DNA from: Vermamoeba vermiformis
Lineage: Eukaryota
Length of the DNA stretch: 64,000 bases
Direction of reading: 5' to 3'
Assembly (NCBI GenBank): GCA_045837725.1
Contig: JBEWZL010000006.1
Location: 248,001-312,000 of the forward strand
Part shown: positions 39,450 to 49,935 of the stretch, in pieces
Layout of the letters: every line of letters starts with the position of its first letter
Position numbering within the stretch: the stretch's first letter is position 1
Position numbers and translations under genes: made by a program
The notes under the pieces: model-generated
Seen by the model: the letters and a program-made list of their open reading frames with translations, nothing else
The model's database searches: none
Told to the model about the DNA's origin: nothing

Positions 39450-39700
39450 ATGCCTGAGGGGGACCTCGGAAGGTTAAGAAGGGGTTGTCGGCGCTCTAGG
39501 CGCCTGCGCCTTTGCCGTTGAAAGAAAAAACTCATCAAGCGGGCCCGGCTCTCGGCTAGGGGTTATGGTTGAGGACTCTCCCTGTTACTTCACTTAAATT
39601 GCTATTCTTGAGCGGCTGATGGTGAGTCCTCAATTTCAGAAGGAAATGTCAACAGCCCCTGCAGAAATTCCTTTTGTGCTGATTTCTACTGCATGTCCAA
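39450..39700. ncRNA. Candidate structured non-coding RNA / GC-rich element of unknown class
   Basis: Hairpin CTGAGG-GGGA-CCTCGG (39454-39469, GNRA loop on +); GGCGC/GCGCC (39490-39504); perfect 10 bp stem TTGAGGACTC (39569-39578) / GAGTCCTCAA (39624-39633); CAGAAGGAA/TTCCTTTTG (39637-39676). Lies between two convergent gene ends. Confidence 0.4.
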
Positions 39701-39853
39701 ACAAAGAACTCTTAAGTGCACTAGATACTCCAGAATATGTGCAATTTGGCCTGGTGGCAGCAGAGAATTGCAGAAAGTATTTGGAGCCATTTATTTCAAG
39801 CCAATCCCAATTAAATGGCATTTGAATTGTTTGTAGTGAGAATAAAGAACTTG

Positions 39854-42800
39854 TTAGATAGCTAGTTTGGCAGCTGCTGCAATAGATGCTAAGTGTGCCA
39901 AAATCCATTCACGAAACAACAGCACTGCTTTGTGTTGTGGTTGAGTGGCAAATAACAGTTGTATGGATTTGGGGTTGATCAAATCCTCTTCCAAAGCAAG
40001 ATTTTGGGCACTTGCAACGAAATCTTCAATGATTGTCTCTGCTTTTGGCAATTCTACTCCTGTTGACATAATAAAAAATTAAATTGGTTTTTTAAAATGA
40101 TTGTGTCTTACCATAGTGGTGAATGAAGGCACTAACAAAGAACACAACATTGAACTTTAACAATGTTGAGTCAGATCCATTGTACAACTCCACAAGCTTA
40201 TTGATCAAACTGGAGTCTTTCTGGAAGACATCTAAGTTGTAATATTAGATACAATAGCCCTTAAGCACTTACAACTTACTGAAGTGTATCAAGTGGGCTA
40301 AAAGAGCTACAAAAGATGGTGCCACGTCTTTTTGGGCAGTTGCCATGTCAACATCTTTAAGAAATGCTTTTGTTTATTCATACACTTCACAAAGTTTGTT
40401 GGAACTCAAGCTTGATGCTGCACAAAATGTCACCAACTTTGCATCTTTAAAACATGACTTACAGTTGAAGAGAATCAGTGCAATTAACAGCTCTACAGAT
40501 GAATCTTGAAGAGCCATCTGTTCTGCTAACACATCTCCATCAACTTCACTGTTGTTCTCAGAAGCTTCTTCTTCTTCATTGTTGTCATCCTCATCATTAT
40601 CTTCCTCATCCTTGTCTTCACTTTCATTTTCAGCAGTCTCTTCATTCAATTGAACAATTTGGTTTGCGCAAAGCGTTGTCAATTCTGCCAACATCTGTGG
40701 TGTCAGAGTTGGCTCCACTATTAAGAAAGTAAGTATGAATGATTAGCAAATGATGCAGAGCTTACAATCTAAACAGCTTATCCAGAACTTATTTTGCTCT
40801 ATTTTTGTTTCATATGAAAGGTTTTTGTCTGTTTGAAGTAGTTTGGCATCAATAACTTTGTCCACTACTTCATTTCTGGCTCCTAAATGCACGATTAATT
40901 ATTGCCAGAGAATGTTTTGGCTACCTTTTTCAAGAGCAATAATGTTTAATGTTCTCAGGATGCAATAAATTTGGTATTTTTTCCAGTCTGTGTCTCTAGC
41001 ATATTTTTCTATTTCAACATCAAATATTTCAATCAACTCATCTATCATTTTGTATTTCCAGAACATCTCTTGTCCACTCTCTAGAAAAAAAATATTAGAT
41101 CTATATTTACATACAAAGGTGAACTTACTAAGTTTAAGAATGCTTCTAATCAACTGGAGCAGTGGATTGACATTTTTTCCATTTTGCTCCCAAATATTAG
41201 CAATGGCTTGCATAAATTCTTCATTACTGGCAAAAAATTCCTTTGCATTATCTGCAAAAATGTTAGTCGGGGTTTATCAAATCAGTTGCACTGCACCTGA
41301 ATTCCATGCAGATTCCTCTAAGGCAACGCAAATAGGTCTAGCATATTTGACATTTAAATAAACTTCAATCAATTCAGCCAGCTCTTCATTGTTGTCGCCT
41401 AACAATGAAATTAAGAGCTGCCACTTTAAATCACAGGAAACTCACCAGGCCAATGCAAGTGTTTTGCAGCAGCAACCATTTTTAGTCGGCCATACTTGGT
41501 TTCAGGACACTTTTTCATCACATCAATGAAAATCTTTCTGAGTCCTGCATCTTGTTTGATAGTCTCATTCTCTGTCATTGACTGTCAGTTATTGCAATTC
41601 CCAAATTAATTAATATTACCTATAGGATTTGATAGCAAAATAGTCAAGCAATTGTTTGCTATTTGTTCATCTTCATCCCAGTTTTCAGATGTGTCAAACT
41701 TGTGTTTATGCTTAAGAATGCTGAGAACTTTATCCCAAATGGCAAGTTTGGTCCAGACAGCAGGATGGAAAGTTGCACGGTGGTCATAATAATTATCAAC
41801 CATTACTGTCATATTTTCAATTACTAAACCACAGTATGGTGATTCAACGTGCAGGTGATCAACCATTAAACTGAGTGAGCCCAGGGCAACATTGGTGGCA
41901 GGAAAATCAGAGAGGTTATTGTACAAATATTTGCCAAGCCCTGATAACGTTAGAAACGGAGGAGAGCGAGGGAAGGATAGAATGACCTACTGTGCATGTG
42001 CAAGTGCTCCATCAGCTTTGGGTGTTGCTTCAAATGTGGTGCAAGGAATGTCACAACTGTGTCCAACAACACTTCTGTGCTTCCTAGCTCTAGTCCATAG
42101 AAAATTAACTTGACAACTTCTTCAACTTGATTGATGTTGGTTGGAGGGTTAGTCAAGAGGTAGTAGAACGGGTTGAATTGTGGCTTGAACTCGTTTTCGT
42201 CGAACATATGCTTGAACTTCGGGTGTATTCCTTGGTATTGGTCCTCGCCAAACATCTCCCAGTCATCCATGTCAATGCCATAAACTTCAGGAGGGGTTCC
42301 TACTGAGGGCTGCTCGTCGTTATTGTTGTCGTCGTCATTGTCTGCGTCAGTGAATCCATCGGCTTCATCATTCAATCCATTGGCTTGGTCCGTGGATGCG
42401 TCAATTGTCTCAGGACTAATTATTCCGCTGGAACGTTCTGACAAATTGGCCATAAAATCTGAAATGTCCTCGTACTGTTGAGCGGAATCATTCTTAGCGG
42501 CTCCCTTCCTTGCTTGCATGGTTGCACGAGCGTTTGGTAGATCAATCTCTAACTTTCGTTCATTTGATGCTTCGTGGCTTGCTTCTTTTTGTTTGGCTAA
42601 TGCTGCCTCAATACGCTTCATAAATGAGGTTTCCTTCAAGTACCGATTGATGTATAACGCAGGCCAATCCCTAAAAAGAATAAAATTGTCAATTATTTTT
42701 TATTTGTGAATTAATTCGTTCAAATATGAAATAATAGCTTACATGTCATAGCAGGCGAGCTCGTAATCATTTAGGTGGTATTTTCTTGCGTATTTTTGGC

Positions 42801-42948
42801 GCCATTGGTCGTTTGTCAGATCTCGGAAGCTAAATAATTGTTTATTTGTCGCGCCAAACCTCCAGAGCGAAATTGGGTCTAAAAATGAATAAATGAGAGC
42901 GATTTCTTCATTTGAAAGCCGCTGAAACGGGTCTGATTGTTGTGACAT
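39854..42948 (-). CDS. F-box protein with long alpha-helical (ARM/HEAT-like) C-terminal region, multi-exon
   Basis: N-terminus PFQRLSNEEIALIYSFLDPISLWRFGATNKQL...QWRQKY (F-box); acidic linkers; helical exons joined by 45-50 nt GT-AG introns, in frame where checked. Confidence 0.75.
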
Positions 42949-43323
42949 GGTTGCGCGAACAAAACAAGATCAAAGCTCACAAAAAAATGGTTATTAAATT
43001 TAGTTAATGTTCCTTACTCGAATATAACAATCTTTTGCCTGGTATTCATCGAAATACCACCAGGAGCCAAACGAATCCATCCGGTCTGTTATCCTTGAAA
43101 ACTTTCAAATCTAGCTACGACATGATTATTTGTAGTTGTATTATATTCGCCAATTGTTGGGACTTAACGAGATTTAAAAACCGGCGCCGACTTTCGTAAT
43201 TTGATTTTTGTCACGTGCTGCCGTGTCCGGTAAATTTTGAATAACCACGTTTTCGCAGTGTATTTATTATTTGTAATATATATAACACTACCCAATACTG
43301 AACTTGTTGTATTTTCCAACACA

Positions 43324-45944
43324 ATGAGCTCCACGAAGACGCAAGACAAATCCGCTGCACAACCACAGAAAAACGGCCAAGGTCGACGTTACCTCAACGG
43401 CGCTATGAGTGGTATTGTAGAAGTAAGTATTGTATTCTGTACAGACGTTCTTTTTAAGGGTTTGCAATCTCGGTTAATCCGGTATTTTACGTTCTCCCTT
43501 TTTAAATCGAATTTAAAATTTAAAATTAAATTATGTATAAGTATTTGACCACATGGTTTGCTATATGCGCGTGTAGCGCCGTCAAATTGACCGGATCTAA
43601 CAATGTGCATCGTTAGATGTCGCTAACATTCCTTCAAAAAATTCCTAAAAATGACTCTATATACGGAATGTGCTATACGCATCTATATTAATCGAATTTT
43701 AGTGATATCAAATCATTTTATTGTGGTTCAAATGAAAACCCAATTGTCATTTTACGCGGTCTTAAACTCCTTAGGCAATCCTTTAGAGCTCGATTTCAGG
43801 TGTCTAAAGGAAGCTACTTGGTCATATTTAATAGTCTTGTATCGAGTTCGGATATTGGCGCGCGATTATTTGTGAATCGTCGTTTTGACGAATTGAAAGG
43901 TGATTACGCGCCAGATCTTATCGATGCGTCGCTTCCTAAAATCTCTAAATTTATATGACCGCTTTATATACTCATATTAAATATTATCGGAGTGAAATCA
44001 AGAGGAATATGACGCGTTTAATTATTAACGTCAGCTTTATTAATTTTCAAGAACCGATCTCGTAACTTTCATTGAATTAAAATGACTAGGCAAATCTTTA
44101 ATATCACTCTATTAATATGGAACTAACTCAGATTTCGTTAGGTCACTTTGACGCACTGGATCGACGTCTTGAAGACCAGGTGGCAAGCTGAGGCCAAGAT
44201 GGGCCAAGCTAGCGCTAGCACCAAGTCGCGCATTGCTGCTATTTACAAAAATGAAGGATTTAAAGGATTTTACAAGTAAGTTAAATTTCAAGCAATTGTA
44301 CCTGACTTCGCGGTACCTCGAAGATCTAAATTTTTTTCTAAAAATCTGGATTAACGAGTTTACACGGACTATATTTACTATTAATACGAGACATATTAAT
44401 ACTATACGTTAATAATATTAATTTTAATAAGTACGGCAGTAGCTCCGAAAATTTACCACCTCGTCCTAGTGAATTCAAGTTAGACCAGAAAATTATTGCG
44501 ATAAATGCTTATTATAATATTAGATCGTTTTATTGATTATTATACTGATAAAAGTTCATGCAAAATTTAATTTTGGTCCAATCACGAATACTTTTCGGAC
44601 TGATCTCCGAAGCGCTAAATTAACCGTACTTTTTTAATCACTAGGGGCTACGTCTCTCGTGTCATTGGTATTGGACCAATGAGAGCAGTCTATTGGGGCA
44701 CTATGGACCACATGACTAACCTTCTCTCGGGCTACCAAAATCTTTCACAGACTCAACGACTGATGCTCGCAGGTCTCGGCGCTGGTGCCGTCCAATCACT
44801 CGTTGACGTGCCCATTGAAGTCGTTAAAACTCAAGTACGTTACACCGTAATAATACGTGCATAAGCGGAGCTGCCGCCGATAATTGCTCGTTGAAGATTA
44901 TACGCTCCGTTTTTACGAAGCTAATAGATCCTATTTAAATTATAATATATGATCCTAATTAACTGGTATTATTTGCAGTTGATTACTGGTGGAAGCAACA
45001 AACAAGAAGTCATTAAAGTAAGTTTTTTCAATTGCGCACGATGTTTTTTCGCTTTATTTGTTCGTTTTTGCAACGATATTAACGTATCCTATTATTATTA
45101 TAGCAAGCACTTCAATTCAGAGGCTTCAAATCGACTGCTTTGAGAAACATGGGCTTTGCTTGCGTCATGAACTTTGGTTTGAACTACAAGTACGTAGATC
45201 TCGATTTATATCGCGATAACGCACTTGGTTTCACGTGTCATTGAAGCGCAGTTATCAATTATAGCGTTAAGAGTGATTAGTAATTAGTCCCATATTTTTT
45301 GTTTTTATGATTAGAATTTACCGATGAAAAGCGATTCTTGATACAGATCTACGAATAGATGCTAATAACTCGCATAGGCGAACTGACCAAACGAGTTACA
45401 TGGAGACTTACTTGCGCAGTATGGCCTCGGGCTTCGTTGCTGCGTTCACTACTCAACCGTTAGGTACGGATTTGATAGATCAAGTCTTCGATTGCTCTTC
45501 TGAGCTGCATTACATACGCATCGAAATATTACAGTACGGAAATGTTGAAAACAGGTTGTACTGTGCCGCAACGATGCAATATTTCTTTTATTTTTTTGGT
45601 TCTTGGATCGCGTGTCGCGTACTTTATTAATTTGTTGTTACTTTCGTAGACTATGTTAAGACCAAGCATCAACAACACGGTGGTGGTCCTCAAGTTGGCA
45701 TCATTAAGATGTTGGTTGATATCGGAAAGAAGAATCCTACTATGTTGTGGAGTGGAGGTAAGATCCGATCTCGATCTGAATCAAAAATTTGAAATTTTGA
45801 TCCTAATCAATTATATTACTAGGTGTATGGCGTATTCTCTTGTCTATGTCTACTATGAGTGTCGGTGCTACTGTCTTTATCTTCTTGAACTCCTACCAAA
45901 AGCAGAAGACTCCTTTGCCCGTCCTCGAAGAGCCTATCGAATAA
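43324..45944 (+). CDS. Mitochondrial carrier (SLC25) family protein, eight exons
   Basis: Three signature repeats THWIDVLKTRWQ, VPIEVVKTQL and QPLDYVKTKHQ; EGFKGFYKG. Contact-point pattern (PMRA, LRN, R) is reminiscent of keto-acid/oxodicarboxylate carriers. Confidence 0.9.
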
Positions 45945-46266
45945 GCTACTGTTCATAATAAGAAAAACAATTCAACAAATGTAATCTTTAATATCAATAT
46001 AAAGACCTATTTATGCAACACGAGCGACAAGATGCCGATCCAGTTTCACCCGTCCACGTTTCTGTTCTATTTTGGGACAATGTCGTTAGAGAGAGTAGTT
46101 ATTAATTAAAGAGTATTCTTTCAGTCATTCAATTTCGAAGGAAACATTGAGCCACGTGGTGAGATCGCGTGGCGGTTTTGTTCGCGCTTTTTTTTATGAA
46201 TCGATTTATCTTTGTTAATTTGGCCACAATTTACACTTCAGGTGCTGTAATATATACCTTGCTATT

Positions 46267-49200
46267 ATGGAGCTGAACACCGAAGTGGTATGTTTCTATT
46301 TTGATGGATTTGTCGGGTAGATTTACTCGTGATGTTATATTTAATTCATTTAATGCCATATTATGCTCTCGGCAAATTTTATTTAAGCGAAAATATGACT
46401 TTTACACCGAGATCTGCAGCAGGAATGAAAATTGCTGCCTCGGCCAATTTATTAATTCAATATCGTTATTTTTGCGAATTAATTTATTTTTTAATTGTAC
46501 AATTGCAATTTATTATATTCACGAAATAATTTTAATTTTGCGACACGTAGATCGAATACAAAGTGACCGTTGTGCCCATCCAAGGCGAGAAAGGCAAGAA
46601 GGGTTTTAAGCCTATTCCATTGAAGAACCCCTTAGGCTTAACACTCGATAACGAGGGCAATCTTTATTTTTGCGACTACAATAACCGAATAATTCGAAAA
46701 TTGATCACATCCACCGGCGAGCTGCAATTGCCCAATGGAATCAAGAACTCAAAAATAAGCAACCCTACTGGCGTTATCTTAGACAAAGACGGCAATATAT
46801 TTTTCAGCGATTGGTCAGATCAAACTGTCAAACGCTTGGACGCTAAAGGTAACCTAAAAAATACCTAACAATAACTTCAAAAATATTTAAATAATTATTT
46901 TCTTGCAAAAATTGCGTCATAATATTGCAATAGAGCATTTAGCAAATGTATTCGTTTGCCGCAGCTTCTTGTATCACCACTCATTTTCTTTCCTTTTTTA
47001 GCCCAGACATTGATTGCAGCTGGTATTCCGGGCAGTTACGGCAAACAAGACGGCACTGACTCGCGATTGAACGGCCCCTTTGGCATTACAATGGACAAGG
47101 ACGGCTTCCTTTACGTGTGCGACACGGGCAACCACAGCATTCGAAAAGTGGACCGCAAGGGCTACGTGACAACAATTGCAGGCACATCTGGCAAGCCTGG
47201 CTTCCGTGATGGCAAGGGCGCTAAGGCTCGATTCAACTTGCCCAAGGGCATCACGTGTGACAAGGACGGAAATATTTTTGTGTGCGACAGCGGCAACCAC
47301 ACCGTGCGCAAGATCGATCCCATGGGCGTTGTCACGACTGTCGCTGGTGTCGCTGGCAAGAACGGCGCTATTGACGGCCCTGCGCTTGAAGCCAAGTTCA
47401 ACGAGCTCCGAGGCATTGCTGCTGACGACCAAGGCAACCTATTCGTGTGCGACAGCGGCAATCACACCATTAGACGAATTACTCCCGCCGGCAAGGTGTC
47501 AACTGTCGCTGGTGTCAATGGCAGAAAAGGAAACAACGAAGGTCGTGGCAACACTGCGAGATTGTCAGCTCCGTACGGCATCACGATCGACAAGCAGACA
47601 GGTGTAATGTACGTGACTGAATGGGACAGCCACTTGATCAAGAAATTGACGCCCGAGAACACAATGATTTACAAGGCCATCAGAGAAAATGACTGGGAAC
47701 TCGTCGAGTCGTTATTGCACCATTACTTGCGCCAGCTGCCGTTGGAAACTGAGCTCAACAACCAGTTTTCACTGAACGCCATTTTGTTCGCTGGAAAAGT
47801 ATTCAAGAACAGATTGGTTGAATTGAGAGAGAAGCTCACCACGACCATTCCGTTGTTCGGCGAGACATTGCAACAAATCGACCAACAAATGATTGATACG
47901 CAAAACCTTCGCGATCAAAAGCGAAAGATGATCGAACAGTTGCAGCGCGAAGTTGCCGAGTTGGACACTGTGGAGAAGAACCTCATCGAGCACACGCGCA
48001 CTGTGCTGATCCAACAGGCCAACAGCGAGGACGACTTGGAATGTGTCAAGAAGAAGATGGTAGAGACCGATCAGATGGTCGATCGCACTGAGACCAAGAT
48101 GAAGTTCTGGTCCGACATTTTGCGCGACAAGTCACTTGACACGTGGACCCCGCAAGAAGTGTCATTTTTATTGCAAGAATTTGGCTTGCAGTTCTACGCG
48201 CCCATCTTTGAGAACAAGAAGGTCACTGGTGCTCAGTTGCTTCAATTGACCACGAGCCGATTAAGAAATGAAATGGGCATGAGTTACAACGAGGCTAAGC
48301 GTGTGCAGCGAGCAGTGCAGTTAGTGCTCACAAAAGCAGATCTGTATCAACCGTTGAAGGGCATTCAGACTTGGCAGAACGGAGAGGTCGTCGACTGGCT
48401 CGTTGCTAACAAGTTGAACGGTTGCGTGGAGCCTTTCAGAACTAACGAGGTAAGTCAGATCTGACCAACTTCCAAAAATGGAAATTTCAAAATATGAAGG
48501 TTGTCCTTTATTATTTGTCGATATTAATCATATTTTTAGGTTAATGGTGAGACATTGTCATATTTGTCGACTATTGACTTGAACGAAATGGGCATTGAAA
48601 CAATTGAACAAGCCCGACTTTTGGATGCGATCCAACAAACCTCTCGCGAGTTGGAAGCCAAGCATATTCAAGACCAAGAAGAAAAGAAGAAGAAGAAGAC
48701 TTTGATGGAGAAATTGAGCGTTGACAACATCACGCACAACATGGACAAAATGGCATCCAAGTTGAAGATCGACAAGATCGCGGAGAAAACTGACAAAGTT
48801 GCTGCAGACATGAAAGAAAAAATCAACGAGGTCATTCAACCTGCCAAAATTGGCAAGTCTATCACTGGCTTCTTCAACGAGGTCTCGCAGCAGGCCGAGA
48901 AATTGACCCAAGGCGCGTTGAACTCATTGCACACCGATCACGCCAAACTAGCCCCTTCAAATATGCCTAATGTTGCTGGTCCTAGCGAATTAGACCACTC
49001 AGGTCTGCAACGACTTGGCGACATTAGACCGGATCAGCCCTCAAAAACAACGACACCTGTCACGCAACCAATGACACCTGTCAATCCCGAGCCGCAAGTC
49101 CAAGTCCAGGCTCAACACTCTGAAGTCGTACAACCACCTCAACCTGAGCCTATTGTGCAACAACAACCTCAAGGTGTGTCACATCCAGTCGTCAATAACG

Positions 49201-49886
49201 AGCCCTTTCGTCAACCTGAAGTAGCACCGCAAGAGGTGCAGCCAGTCACAGGGAGTTCTAGCTCAACTGCAGTAGTGTCACACGTTCAATCTCAACAAGT
49301 CTCACAACCGCAAGTTGTGGTCCCTCAAGTCACACCTTCAGTTCCATCACCTGTCATTCAACACGTCGAGCCAGTTGTTCCCACTCCTTCTGTTCCTCAA
49401 TCTCAGCTTGTAGAACAACCTATTGTCACCCCTACTCCGCAATCTGTCGTCGTTCCTGAACCACAACCAGCAGTGACGCCTCAAGTACCTATCGAGCAAC
49501 CTCAACATGCCCAAGTCCAACAGCCGATTGTTGAGCCTACAGTCGTGCAACCACCTCAACCAGAACAGCCTCAAGTCCTGGTACATCCAGTCGTCACCCC
49601 TGAACCCGTGCATCACCCGCAAACAGTGCCTGAGTTAGTGACAGCTGTCAACACTGAACCTGAACCAGTGCAACACCCAACAGCCCAAACAACTGACGTT
49701 GAAGAGAAGCAACACGATGACAATGAACACGTTGGATCTGACAACGAACATGTTGGTGACGACGAGCCACCGCGTCAATCATTCTTTTCAGTAACTATCG
49801 GGGATGATGACGACGATGATCAGTCCTATCAACACGACTCAACGAAGAGCACTCCCGATAGCATGTTTAATGTAACAATTATTTAA
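46267..49886 (+). CDS. NHL-repeat beta-propeller + coiled coil + two SAM domains + P/Q/V-rich tail
   Basis: Repeats such as FNLPKGITCDKDGNIFVCDSGNHTVRKID; SAM-like WTPQEVSFLLQEFGLQFYAPIFENKKVTGAQLL and WQNGEVVDWLVANKLNGCVEPFRTNE|VNGETL; low-complexity C-terminus. Confidence 0.88.
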
Positions 49887-49935
49887 ATTATTCTCTGTTT
49901 ATAAATGCAATTTAAACCTTTTCCAACGGATCCGA

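Noticed and set aside
39415-39635. Resemblance to U11 (AAAAAGGGC), U12 (ATGCCT; ATTCTTGAGCGG) and SRP RNA
   Set aside because: Essential elements are missing: no U12 branch-pairing GUAAGGA, no proper Sm site, no U11 stem-loops, no SRP helix 8 motif.
39619-39825. 68 aa + strand ORF
   Set aside because: No recognisable domain, and it starts inside the 10 bp stem; cannot be supported as a gene.
49050-49700. Repeat-like P/Q/V-rich DNA
   Set aside because: Low-complexity coding tail with no regular repeat unit; not a CRISPR array or satellite.
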